The notes: generated by a model from the letters alone, not told the origin. A stretch of 64,000 nt of DNA from a candidate division FCPU426 bacterium (GCA_963796105.1 CAWCKJ010000012.1:1-64000), one strand, 5' to 3'; shown: positions 1 to 11,142, counted from the first letter of the stretch. Program-made: numbers and translations.

Positions 1-897
1 GGGTGGAACTGGCCCCTGAACCACCAAATGATAATCAGCTACCGGTGCGTTGTCAGAAACGGCGTAAACTACTACGGTGTATTGCTGTTGGGTCAAAGCC
101 ACCGACAATTGGTCAAGGGGCGTGTTACCGCTGGAAGCGGTCACCGGATTGCCATTCGCGTCATAAAGGTCGTATGCCGCTTTGGCCTTACCCGTCCCGT
201 CATCAAAACAGTCCAGCGAAATAAGATACGACCCGTTCGTCCCGGCCGTGAAAGTCCAGCTATTCGTATATTCGAAATCGTACTCCACATGCCCGGAACC
301 CACGGCGTCCGAACCTGCCTGCACTGTCCCCAGGGAATTTGATCCATTAGGGGAAGCCAAAGCTACGGGTGTTGACACAGGGGTCAATGTGCAGGTTGGA
401 TTAAACGTCGTTAGGCTTAGGTTGAAAGGCCCGTAATCCCCCGGCCCGTACCCGTCCACGATCACGTAATAGGTACCTGGCTGGAGCACTCCCGTCACTA
501 GGGATGAGGAAGTCCCATTACAAAAGGCAGAATCGTCGTCCAGCGCCAGGGTGGTGTTGGAATCAGAGGGATTGGTTCGCAAATACAGTACAGAGTCGAA
601 CTGCGCCCCGCAAAAATTAATGAAAAGGCTCTTGGGATTTGTAAGCGTGAATTGATAAACAATATCCGGGGCGCCAAGACCATAGGTGACGGACCCATCT
701 GGGATTGCCTGGCTGTTGCTGTCGGGTAGGTTTGTCGTATCCCCGGTCATGTAATCGCCGCTATCGATGAAAGCGGTGATGTCAGTTATGGTGGCAGTAG
801 GGGTCGGGGTGAAAGACTGCGCCCAAGTCAATCCCGGGGCCGAGGAAAGAAACAGAAAAAAGAAGAGAAGATAAATTCTTTTGAAGACTGTTATCAA
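1..897 (-). CDS. Secreted protein with PPC-like (pre-peptidase C-terminal) beta-sandwich domains and Thr/Pro linkers; 3' end runs off the window
   Basis: Not in the ORF track because there is no stop inside the window. Manual translation from TTG at 897 (AGGA upstream) is open to base 1: MITVFKRIYLLFFFLFLSSAPGLTWAQSFTPTPTAT...APDIVYQFTL...FDSVLYLR...DDDS...LQPGTYYVIVDGY. Signal peptide plus PPC-like motifs. Confidence 0.8.
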   Translation of the reverse strand, partial: MITVFKRIYLLFFFLFLSSAPGLTWAQSFTPTPTATITDITAFIDSGDYMTGDTTNLPDSNSQAIPDGSVTYGLGAPDIVYQFTLTNPKSLFINFCGAQFDSVLYLRTNPSDSNTTLALDDDSAFCNGTSSSLVTGVLQPGTYYVIVDGYGPGDYGPFNLSLTTFNPTCTLTPVSTPVALASPNGSNSLGTVQAGSDAVGSGHVEYDFEYTNSWTFTAGTNGSYLISLDCFDDGTGKAKAAYDLYDANGNPVTASSGNTPLDQLSVALTQQQYTVVVYAVSDNAPVADYHLVVQGPVPP

Positions 898-1077
898 AAT
901 ATTTTCCTATTATTTGGTGGTTAAAAACCAAATTAAGGTAAACGCAAACCCTGTTTTTGTCTATTCAAATATAAAAAACCTCTTTTAAAACACTCAAAAA
1001 TGAGAAAACAACGAGTGATTTGTAATTTAAAGGTATCGAATATTCCATTTATAACGTCTATGGGTTTGCTGTTTTTT

Positions 1078-3225
1078 TTAACGATTTGATTTAAGGCCGA
1101 TAATGGATCGGGATTGCGCCACCAGTTCATCTAACTTTTGAAACAGTTGGGGGGGAGGTTGGTAGCTAGGATCTAACTTAGCCGCCTCCAAAATGGCATT
1201 TTTCGCTTCCAAGTAACGGCCCATCTTCCAGAAAACGTATCCCATTTGATAGTTCAAAATGCCGTTATTCCCAAATTGCAATGCCTTTTGGTAAGCGGGC
1301 AGAGCCAGTTCGAATTGTTTATTCCGGTAATACCCATTTGCCAATTTTTCCCAATAATAAAACTCGAGTAAAGAATCGCCTTGGAATAATGATCGCCGGT
1401 CCAAAAGATAACGGATGATGCCGTCAAGGGGTTGGTTTAAGGGAATGTCGGAATACATAAAATTATATTCACGCAAGACCCGATCTGCTTCTATCCAATC
1501 TTCAAGAATTTTTCGGTTGGCGGGCGTGATGGAGAAGATGGTCTGTAGTCCGGAATCGGAGTGGTTAGAACCATTCCATTGGGTAAAAACGGCATCAGGA
1601 AACAACCGGGATAAAATGGGTTGGAACGTATTATCCGTGATAATGGTAGCCCAGGAAACTTTTCCCGGATCAATCGAATGGTTGGTCAGGGCGTTAAAGG
1701 AATAAGACCCAATATTCATATAAGCCGGAAGCCATTGATCCATGGAAAAATCAGAGAAAATCATGCCGGAACCTGAAGTTCGGCTTCGTTTCTCAAGACT
1801 TTTGTTTAGATCGACGACCGGACTTGCGTCGGAAAAATATTTGTTGGCTTGGGCCATCGATTTTTCCAATGTGACATGATCCAACCCGATTGAAAGCAAT
1901 AACACGGGAAGAATAAAGACAAGTTTGACCGCACCCTTGGGAAGCCCTTCCAACACGACAATTATTCCCAATGTTGCGGTAGCGGCGAATAGGGGCACTA
2001 GTGATGCTACGTGATAACCATTGGCGTCATTGGCCATGAGGCAGGGCAAAAAAAGCACGGCAGCGCTTCCGGCCATCCATTTTGCCATTGGATGCTTGCG
2101 AATACGCCACCATTCCGCGGAACCCATGAAAAAAAAGCTTCCCAGGACAGGATTCAGGAGACCGCCCCAGCCGGAATTGTACGAGAAAACCCTGGGCAAG
2201 CCCGTCCAAAAAAAGTTCGTGAAAAGGAAAGAATTTTGCCGGTAATCCCATTGAAAGGTTTGGTCGCCATTTTTGTTAAAAACGAATAACAACCCGATAT
2301 ATGAACCGAAATTTTCCACCAAACCCGTGATAACCAAGGGCAGAGCAGTGAAGAATGCCGCTACCAGGATCACCACGAGGTCCCATTTACGGCTGGGCCA
2401 TGAATGGCGGATAAAAAAGCCAATTGTGGTGATAACGCAAAGGGCAACTAGGGGCCAAGCGAAATAAGTGTAAAAACCAAGTCCAAGGAAAAATCCCAGG
2501 AGAATGGAAAGTCCAGGATGATGCGAGGAAGGCTCCGTCCTCACGAACTTGGCCAGCATCCAAAAGATTAAGGACTGGCAAAAAACCATGAGTACGGCGT
2601 TATGGGAAAACCGTCCGATAAAAACTGGCCAAAAACTGAAACCCAATATTAGAAGGCATATAAACGAGAATGATTTGGAAAAAAATGCGCGAAAAGCCAG
2701 GTAATAAATGGCCGCGCTGAGGAAAGATAAGATAGCGGGAACCAGCCAGAGAACCGAAAATGAAACGCCTAAAAACTTGTAAGCTATGGCAAGCAACCAA
2801 AGATAAAGAGCGGGCAATTCGCTGAAGTGATAAAAAAGACGCCAAGTCCAATGGTCGTTCAAATGGATAGCGCTATAGGCATTTGTAATCTCGTCCGGGA
2901 GGGGAAAAGACAGGTAAGATGCCAACTTATAAAGGCGTAAAAGCAGGGCGAATCCAAAGGTTAAAACTAACAACCAATTTGCCGGGGTGAAAAACTCTCG
3001 GGAGAAAAGAGGTGTTTCTTCCGGCAATGCAGGTGGTTGGTTTTTCTGGTAGGCCCAGCCCAGGGCTCCGAAGCCCAGGATCCCCACCACCAACGCGATA
3101 ACTCCATTCACGGGAATAAAAGCCAAGAAAGCGTTGAGCATTGCCAAGAAAGTGAAAAAAACGACCTGCCTAGAAAAGATGGAGTTCCATAATATCTGAA
3201 ACCGTTCAGTTAGAGTTTTCCGCAT
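1078..3225 (-). CDS. Multi-pass GT-C-fold glycosyltransferase (ArnT/PMT, GT39-like) with C-terminal TPRs
   Basis: 715 aa; many TM helices, LRLYKL...PDE loop motif, GxYTY motif, C-terminal TPRs (ALPAYQKALQ, AAKLDP). Confidence 0.75.
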   Translation of the reverse strand: MRKTLTERFQILWNSIFSRQVVFFTFLAMLNAFLAFIPVNGVIALVVGILGFGALGWAYQKNQPPALPEETPLFSREFFTPANWLLVLTFGFALLLRLYKLASYLSFPLPDEITNAYSAIHLNDHWTWRLFYHFSELPALYLWLLAIAYKFLGVSFSVLWLVPAILSFLSAAIYYLAFRAFFSKSFSFICLLILGFSFWPVFIGRFSHNAVLMVFCQSLIFWMLAKFVRTEPSSHHPGLSILLGFFLGLGFYTYFAWPLVALCVITTIGFFIRHSWPSRKWDLVVILVAAFFTALPLVITGLVENFGSYIGLLFVFNKNGDQTFQWDYRQNSFLFTNFFWTGLPRVFSYNSGWGGLLNPVLGSFFFMGSAEWWRIRKHPMAKWMAGSAAVLFLPCLMANDANGYHVASLVPLFAATATLGIIVVLEGLPKGAVKLVFILPVLLLSIGLDHVTLEKSMAQANKYFSDASPVVDLNKSLEKRSRTSGSGMIFSDFSMDQWLPAYMNIGSYSFNALTNHSIDPGKVSWATIITDNTFQPILSRLFPDAVFTQWNGSNHSDSGLQTIFSITPANRKILEDWIEADRVLREYNFMYSDIPLNQPLDGIIRYLLDRRSLFQGDSLLEFYYWEKLANGYYRNKQFELALPAYQKALQFGNNGILNYQMGYVFWKMGRYLEAKNAILEAAKLDPSYQPPPQLFQKLDELVAQSRSIIGLKSNR

Positions 3226-3545
3226 ATCGGTATGAATTTCCTTTGGATTAATATTTTAACCTTATTAAACATCCGCATATAGTCGAGAAGAGTATTTTGG
3301 GTAGTGTTGACGATGTCTAGTCTAACATCCAGTTAACCTTTAATATTTCCGTTTAATGACAAATTCCTTTCAGAATTTTAAATCAAAATAACTTGAATTA
3401 TCGAAGTCCCAAGATCATTATTTCGGGAAAGGGACGACAAAGATAAAAGGTTAATTTTACGGAAACCACTCAAGTTAAAATATCACAAACAAAACTAGCC
3501 ATTCCATATTGGGCAGTCGCTTTAACATCTGTTTTTCTGACTATA

Positions 3546-5357
3546 TTGTTTTATTTGCCAATCCTTAATAATTCTTTTACAAATTGGGACGATCAAGGAT
3601 TCATTCATAACAACCTCAATATCCGCTGCCTGAATGCTTCCTCACTTCATTGGATGCTCACAACTTTCTATCAGGGCAACTGGACCCCCTTAACTTGGTT
3701 TTCTTTTATGATGGATTATCATTTGGGTGGATTGGACCCTTGGGTTTATCACTTGGATAGTTTGCTTATCCATTGTTTAAATACCGGACTCGTCTTCTTA
3801 CTAGCTATCAAGCTCATAAATTTATTTAGAAAATCCCACGAGATGGAAACGGGGAAAACGAAGACGGATTTGACAGCGGCTTTCCTTGCCTCCCTCCTAT
3901 TCGGCATACATCCGCTCCATGTGGAACCGGTGGCCTGGATCACGGACCGGATAGATCTTTTATGCGGATTTTTCTTTCTCCTGAGCCTGATATTTTATTT
4001 AAGTTATGTTTCCCAGGTTCCCTCGAAAAAATGGAAATATTTAGCGACCCTGGTTATGTTTTGCATGGCACTAAGCGCAAAATCCATGGCCATCAGTTTA
4101 CCTTTTATATTATTTCTGTTTGATAGATGGCCACTAAAGAGGTTAAAACTCAATTGGTCCAGGGTCATCATCGAAAAAATCCCATTTTTACTCCTTGCCT
4201 TGGTATTTGGAGTGCTCACGATACTAGCTCGATCCCAAGCCGGGTCAGTCGCATCCTTGAGTTTGATCCCTTTGGGATTTCGCGTCATGAATGCTCTTCA
4301 TTCACTGATTTTTTATTTGGAGAAAACGTTATTGCCGTATGGTTTAACCTCCCTATATCCGGTTCATTTGAAGAGGGCTTTTTCGATTGAATATATTTTT
4401 TCAGCATTCGTCGTTCTTCTAATCTCAATTGTTTGTTATACCCGCCGTAAGAAACAGCCTTACCTGATCATTGTGGGGCTGTTCTATTGCTTGACGCTTG
4501 CTCCGACGCTGGGATTCGTGCACGTTGGCAGCCAAGTCGCGGCTGACAGGTATTATTATCTTCCAAGTGTTGCGATTTTCCTGCTTGCGGGAGCGGTTTT
4601 AGCGGGATTATTTCAAAAGCGGTTTTGGCTTTTTCCCCTCATAACCTCTGTCTTGGTAATTTCCTTTGGATTTGTCACCTTGAGGCAAATTTCCACATGG
4701 CGGAATTCCATCACCCTCTGGGAAAATGTATTGAAAAATGATCCTAGAAACAGCGCCTCTGCCTTTACCTGTTTAGGAGACGCATACCGCGAAGCCGGCC
4801 GATGGGATGAAGCATTGATGGAGTTTAATATCGCAATCGCGATCGGCCCCCCCATGACCTATCCGCATAATGGAAAGGGAAAAATATTATTAGATAAGGG
4901 ATTGAAAGAAGACGCATTGAAGGAATTTACGACCGTTTTAGAAATTGATCCCCAAGAGGGCTGGGCCCACAGCCATTTGGATGTCATTTATTCCCAAGAG
5001 GGAAAAACAAATTTAGCTCTTACCGAAAGAGCGGCCGCAATGGCGTCAAATCATGATGATTCCTGGTCGCATTTTGAAAACGGAAAAGTTTATAAGGAAT
5101 ATGGCATGTACGAACCCGCAATCTCTCAAATCCAAGCGGCGTTATTATTGAATCAAAATTTTCAAGAAGCGGATGATTGTTTGGGCATGATTTATAAAAG
5201 ACAGGCCGAGTTTGAAAAGTCAATTGCTGCATTTAAAAGAGCTTTATCTCTTGATCCTTCCAACACCCATTACGCGGAAAATCTCGCATCAACTTATTTA
5301 GCCGCAAAAAAATATAAAGAAGCATTAGTTTTGTACCAAAAACTTTCAAATTTGTAA
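3546..5357 (+). CDS. TMTC-like membrane glycosyltransferase (O-mannosyltransferase-like) with TPR array
   Basis: NWDD, WTPLT, FGIHPLHVEPVAWI, AKSMA, ADRYYYLP, WRNSITLW motifs followed by several TPRs; the true start is probably upstream of 3546 (see findings). Confidence 0.85.
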   Translation: MFYLPILNNSFTNWDDQGFIHNNLNIRCLNASSLHWMLTTFYQGNWTPLTWFSFMMDYHLGGLDPWVYHLDSLLIHCLNTGLVFLLAIKLINLFRKSHEMETGKTKTDLTAAFLASLLFGIHPLHVEPVAWITDRIDLLCGFFFLLSLIFYLSYVSQVPSKKWKYLATLVMFCMALSAKSMAISLPFILFLFDRWPLKRLKLNWSRVIIEKIPFLLLALVFGVLTILARSQAGSVASLSLIPLGFRVMNALHSLIFYLEKTLLPYGLTSLYPVHLKRAFSIEYIFSAFVVLLISIVCYTRRKKQPYLIIVGLFYCLTLAPTLGFVHVGSQVAADRYYYLPSVAIFLLAGAVLAGLFQKRFWLFPLITSVLVISFGFVTLRQISTWRNSITLWENVLKNDPRNSASAFTCLGDAYREAGRWDEALMEFNIAIAIGPPMTYPHNGKGKILLDKGLKEDALKEFTTVLEIDPQEGWAHSHLDVIYSQEGKTNLALTERAAAMASNHDDSWSHFENGKVYKEYGMYEPAISQIQAALLLNQNFQEADDCLGMIYKRQAEFEKSIAAFKRALSLDPSNTHYAENLASTYLAAKKYKEALVLYQKLSNL

Positions 5358-5515
5358 AAGAATAGTTACATTACTGCTGTACAAAATAATTACCCCACCC
5401 AAGTTGTCCCATATAACCTCGCAAATCCTTTTCCAGTTATTTTGCCAAAAGCCGCACACACGGAAAAAAGTATTAATAGGCACTTAATTAGTAAAAAAAA
5501 TCTCGATTTTTTAAC

Positions 5516-8500
5516 TCAATGATACGTAATTATTTTTCCTGTTCTTTGGTTCCTGCTGATTCCTGTGTCGGCTTCAATGACATAAATATAAAGCCCACTG
5601 GCGACCGCCTGCCCTGACTGGTTTCGGACCGGCCAAAGGAGGGTATTTATGCCCTCTTCCCCATGGAATTCCGCCTGGAAAATTCTCTCACCCAAGAGAC
5701 TGTATAAAATCACATGAACTTGGCTAGCTTTGTTCAGCACAATTTTGAATTGGACGGGTTCCCCATTTCCGGAAATGTTCGGAGCCGCCAGAACTGATCG
5801 CAATGGATCGCTGTTCGCAGGCGTGAATGTGGGTTGATTCACTACGAAAGCCGAAGCCAGCTTCGCCTCATGACTAGCGGGGGTGCAGGTTGGCAAGGGC
5901 CTGCAGGATGGAGAGACCCCGCCTGAGGCCTCCACCAAGTTCCCTTTCAGGTAAAGCGCATAATGGATATCCGACTTGTAGTTTCCTCCACTTAAACAGG
6001 GGCTGTACCAGAAACCCGTTCCAGGAGAAAGGTTCGCGTAATCGATCCGGTGTACGGTCGTTTGAATACCAACCCAACTTATACCGCCGTTCAGAACCGT
6101 TGTATCAATATTTGAAACCGTGATCTCCCAGTCTGCCTGGTGGTTCGGATCGGGCCCGCAAGCTGGAGTGAAATGGTTTGTCGAAAGGACAACATCCGAC
6201 GTCTGGTGGAAACAGCTCGGATTCATCAGGCATCCGCCATAGTTGATATTTCCCGTCAGATCAATCCCAGAAGTATCATCCGCCCAGAATTTGATTGTAA
6301 TATCCGAAAGAGTCACAGGGGACCCATTATTGACGACCTCGAATGTGTCCAACACCTGGTTATCCGCGCAGGCGTTGGTAAGTTCCAACAACTGCAGGTT
6401 CGATGCGCTTGTTCCGCAAATAAAGGTTGGCGTTATTGTTGGAATCGGGGTCGATATGGTTGTGAATGTCCAGGTTGGCGTTGATATAGGAGTCACTATA
6501 GATGTGGGGGTTTTCGTGGGGGTGAATACCTTGCAACTTTTGGTCGGCGTTTGGGAGGGTGTCAAAGTCGGCGTTATAGTGTACGTTCTGGTTGGTGTTG
6601 GGGTGGGGGTCAAGGTAGACCTGAAGCACGGCGTATTTGTCGGAGAAATAATTCCCTTACAATGTTGGAATCTGTAGATCTCATCGCCTTCACCGACATA
6701 AAGATTCTCCGGTGCTGTTTAATGCAATCCCGTTTGGATTTGTCGACGTGCCAAATAAACACAAAAAATTGCCATCATTATCGAATTTTTGGATTCTGCT
6801 ATTGAAATCGTCCGTAACATAAACATTTCCTGTTGAATCTGTTGCCAATTGGTATGGTCCATTGAATTGACCCGCCCCCGATCCATACCCACCCCATTGG
6901 AGAATAAACCGGCCAGAGGTATCGAATTTTTGAACTAAGCTGTTACCTCCGTCCATTACAAAGATATGTCCGGATGAATCAACCGCAACGTCATAAGGTT
7001 CGTTAAAAAGGCCATTTCCATTACCTGATCCACCCCATAAATACTGAAAATTTCCATTACTATCGAACTTTTGAATGTTATTTCTTATCCAATCAACCAC
7101 ATAGACATAACCTGTCGAATCAACAGCGACACCGGCAGGTCCCACGAATTGTCCATTACTTAATCCATAAGAACCCCACTGATTGAGGTAAGTTCCATTT
7201 TGATCAAAGATTTCGATTCGGTAATTATCGGTATCCACGACATAAATGGTACTTCCCGATGAATTAACTGCGATTCCATAGGGAAACCGGAATTGCCCAT
7301 TGCCATTTCCGGCGGATCCCCACTGCGTAATGTAGTTGCCTAAGGGTCCGAATTCCTGAACCCGATAATTTCCTTGATCCACCACATATACGTTCCCATT
7401 ACTTGCGGCGACTATTCCCCATGGCTCGCTAAGCTGGCCGGTACCACTTCCTGTACCGCCCCATGAGACCGAAGACTGGTAACAGCATATTGGCGCGTAG
7501 GAAATGGTGGGTGTGATTGTTGGAGTGGGGACAAAAGTCCAGGTGGGAACCGGCATACAGGAGGAAGCGCTGGAGATCGCCTTGTAAACATCCAACCGAC
7601 CGTAGCCCTGGGTGGCCGTCCAGCCCGTTTGGCCCGCTAAAAGATCGGTATTATTAAGGATAGCCTGGGTGACTTGAACATTCGTGAGATTTGGGCACAA
7701 GCTAAACATCAAAGCCGCGGTACCGGAAACATAGGGTGCGGAGGCTGAGGTACCGGCATCAACGCAGAAGTTGGCGTCGGCGGGATCCTGCACAAAATAC
7801 AAGGGCGCCGAAACAGGGCAGTTCAAACGTGCGCCGAATACGTTATGTTGGATGTCATCGGTAAAAACACCGGTAATGGTACCGGACCCTCCCGGAGCCA
7901 CGATATCCAATCCGGCTCCGGAATCGGAATAATAAGCGACATTATCATTTTCATCAGTGGCCCCCACTGATATCAGCGCAGGGAATGAGACGGGGTCCTG
8001 CGCGAAACCCGCGGGGAAAAACAATGGAATGTCCGTGCCCGAGTTACCGGATGAGGCAACGACGACGCAACCGTCAGACATCGCGGCTAAAATCGCTTGT
8101 TCCATTAACCCGTCAAAACTTGGCCCGCCTAATGAAAGATTTAAAACCTTTGCACCATTATTAATTGCATACTCAATGCCTGCGGCAATCATGTCGCTTG
8201 AACCAGCGCCCGTACTGTCCAAAACCTTGACCGGCATGAGGCTCACGCCAGGAGCCAAACCGGCATTGCCAGTCGTTGATACGGAGGAGTTACAGATTTC
8301 CGTTTGAGCGGTATTTTGCCATTGGGCCCAAAGGAGGGAGGAAACCCAAGTGCCATGCCCAAAATCGTCGTCAGAGGGCAGGATGGTCGTCACCGGCGTT
8401 GATCCCAAGCCGGGCTGTGACGGGTCTACAAGTCCTGTGAATGAATTGTACCCGAGCACAAAAAGGGATGTAGGCAAGTCCGGATGTGATCTGGTCACTC

Positions 8501-8999
8501 CAGAGTCAATTACTGCCACTGTCACCGAAGAACCGCCCGGCGGACAGGTATTCCACGCGATGCCTTGCCAGGCTTGGGGGGCGTTTATTTTTTGCAAAGG
8601 CCAATTGTAGGGTGAACTGTAATACTGGTCCGTGGGTAAGGGGCATCCCAAGGCATAATAACGGTAATTCGGCTGGGCCCAAAGAATGTTTGGATCTTTT
8701 TTGCATTTCATGACGGCGTGAAAAACACCTAACCCGTTTTGAAGCTCAATCTTGTAGACATCTGAGACTAAGGGCCGGGTTGGGGAAAAATTCAATTTGC
8801 CCCTTTTGCCCAATTGGTTTAAAAACGTCTCCGAGTGGGACTTCGGAGTGCCGGATTTGAACCGGATGATGATCTCGCCAGGCACAATAGCTTCTTTAAT
8901 TTTCAAACTTGAAGCCAAAGGCGCGGCTTGACTTGCAGCCGAGGCCAGGAAAAGGGCTAAAGGTAACATTATCGATTTAGAAAATATTAAATATTTCAT
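5516..8999 (-). pseudogene. Frameshifted multidomain secreted protein: S8 subtilase + NHL repeats + PT linker + CBM3-like + FlgD/T9SS-CTD-like domain (track ORFs 6690..9038 and 5516..6613 are one gene)
   Basis: Start ATG 8999 after AAAGGAG. Catalytic triad VAVIDSG / GHGT / GTSASAP; NHL repeats (PxGIAVDSxGxxYV). Removing one base near 6707 restores GIALNSTG-NLYVGEGDEIYRF and joins the downstream ORF, giving about 1160 aa. May be a sequencing error. Confidence 0.8.
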
Positions 9000-9468
9000 A
9001 ATCCATACTCCTTTTCTGATGCATAAACACTTGGCCAAAAGGCCAAGAAAAAATGAAAAAAAATATTATTTGGTTTCTAAAAACGCATTAGACGTTTTCA
9101 GAAATCAAAGTTGGCATTGGTTAAGAGCAGGGTTGGTTTGGCGGTTAACAAGTAAAATATACCACCTGTTAAATAATAACTCAAAAATTATATACTTTCC
9201 GTATTGGACCAGGATATTTTGTAGTTTTTCTGTCCCGAAATTTTATCGTAAGAATGCCATTTGGCTTTTTTAAATATTATTTTACGTTAAACTACTATGC
9301 GTGTCGTTTTTAAAAATTGTTGTTTTTTGGCGATTTAGCCACATAGCAAACGAATTTGATTTCTGTCATCGAATTCGATTTTTTAGACTAGACGAGTCAT
9401 TGGATAACAGCTAATCATAAATTTTCCAGGGTTTCTTCTCCGACAACCTGAAATTAATTTCAAAATTT

Positions 9469-11142
9469 TCAAGGCACTTTTAATTCCAGTTTCTTCCTTG
9501 GCGCGTTCTCATCCCCTCCCGGCTGGACAAACAAGTCGCGTTTTCCGGGGGATAAATCATCCAACGCCTGGGTTAAATCGTTGGGGCGGCCCCTTTCGCC
9601 GCTCAAGTGTCCCACGCTCCAAAGGACATCCCCCAGTTTCAAGCCGGCCTTGTAAACCGGGCTTCCGGCCCACAATGCGGTTATGGCGCCTTTTTCACCC
9701 GGAACCAATCCTTGGTAAAGATAAGGCAATCCCAGGATGTCCGCGTATTCCCCCTCCGACTCGCGCTTGACCCAGTATTCCATGGCCGTCACCAGGTCTT
9801 TTAAATCCTCCCCGGAGTTACATTGGAACAGGACTGGTTTTTTCAAGGGCGGTGCCAGAACTCCTAATTGATAAATCATTTGGGCCGGTTCCAACCCGGT
9901 AAGCTTCGAACCATCATGGGAATAAACCCGTATTTCGGAGGTATGAAACAACGACACATCCTTCCAGATTAGGTTTACGTAATAGTACGGCCCATTAGGG
10001 TCATCGATCATAAGATCGAGTTCCCTGGGCCTTGCCTTTACCGATTTGATCCTTAGCTTGTCATGCCCCATCCACAAGGCGTACTTCGCCTGATCCTGGA
10101 GGCCCTCCAGCCTTTCATTGGCGTCATCCGCGCTTAAAGAACCGTCCGGCTTCATGGGTGCATTCGCGATCACGCTGAAATCCGGCACCGGGTATAGCTC
10201 ATCCATTAAAACGCCCAAATCCTCGTCCTTGTCATCCCAAGCCTTGACAGCCCCGGAGGAAGAAGAATGAACAATTTCCGGATGCGAATTGTGCTTGGCC
10301 GCGCGGATTTCCCCAACCTGGGCCGGGGGCGCTTCTTGTGCAGCAACTGGACTTGTGACTGCCGCTACCGTGGGTACAGCTGTCGGGGTGTTATTTACAG
10401 CCGCAGTCTGCGGGTTTGATTGGCTTACCACAACCGCGATTGGGGCCTCTTTCGGGGTCCGTAAATGAACCCAACAGCTCCTTATGCCCCAAACAGCGGC
10501 CAAAAATAACCCTATTAAAAAAAGCAAAAACCATATCACGACCTTTCTTTCCTCGGGTGTCGGGAAATCTTTCTTAAAATCATCCACCAACTCCTTGAAT
10601 GGATTCCCTTCCTGGTCACTGTCTTTGCCTTTTTTTTGCGCTTCTGTTACCGGAGTTGGGGTGCTGGCGGCATTGCCGCTCACAGCGGCTTGGAGAATCT
10701 GCGGAGTAACCGATGAGGAAACTTTTTTCCTCTTTTTTTTGACCTGGCTGGGATTGAAATCCTTAACTGGCTTGCCGCTGCCGATATGATTCACTAGGGC
10801 TTTAATTTGGAGGGGAATTAGGCGGTGAGAAATGGTTAGATCCAACGCCTCAAGGGCCGCCTTTGGCAGGTCCGATGCCTTCCCTTTTAGTCTTGCCAGG
10901 GCCCTGGCGCCATTTAAAGATAGCTCATAGGGATGGCTGGTTTTGGACGCTTTGCGTATCTTATCCAGAGCCAATGAATCGAAACAATCGTTGATGGCCA
11001 AATAGATAGACAACATCTTTTTGCCGATATTTAAGATTTTAGCCAATTCCACGTCATTCGGAGGGTTTTGCTTCTTTAGTTCTCCTTTCAAGAGAAATAG
11101 GTTGTCCATCCATGACATAGAATCTGATTTGGATTCAGGCAT
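9469..11142 (-). CDS. Membrane-anchored protein: N-terminal ParB/Spo0J-like HTH region, one TM helix, C-terminal PDZ-like domain
   Basis: GGAGG RBS. ELAKILNIGKKMLSIYL...LSLNGARAL resembles the ParB HTH (by eye); TM VVIWFLLFLIGLFLAAVWGI; PDZ signature ITALWAGSPVYKAGLKLGDVLWSV. Confidence 0.6.
   Translation of the reverse strand: MPESKSDSMSWMDNLFLLKGELKKQNPPNDVELAKILNIGKKMLSIYLAINDCFDSLALDKIRKASKTSHPYELSLNGARALARLKGKASDLPKAALEALDLTISHRLIPLQIKALVNHIGSGKPVKDFNPSQVKKKRKKVSSSVTPQILQAAVSGNAASTPTPVTEAQKKGKDSDQEGNPFKELVDDFKKDFPTPEERKVVIWFLLFLIGLFLAAVWGIRSCWVHLRTPKEAPIAVVVSQSNPQTAAVNNTPTAVPTVAAVTSPVAAQEAPPAQVGEIRAAKHNSHPEIVHSSSSGAVKAWDDKDEDLGVLMDELYPVPDFSVIANAPMKPDGSLSADDANERLEGLQDQAKYALWMGHDKLRIKSVKARPRELDLMIDDPNGPYYYVNLIWKDVSLFHTSEIRVYSHDGSKLTGLEPAQMIYQLGVLAPPLKKPVLFQCNSGEDLKDLVTAMEYWVKRESEGEYADILGLPYLYQGLVPGEKGAITALWAGSPVYKAGLKLGDVLWSVGHLSGERGRPNDLTQALDDLSPGKRDLFVQPGGDENAPRKKLELKVP

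Noticed and set aside
9040..9460. AT-rich intergenic region as oriC, and ORF 9019..9273
   Set aside because: No cluster of DnaA boxes and no dnaA/dnaN nearby; the ORF looks like translated promoter DNA.
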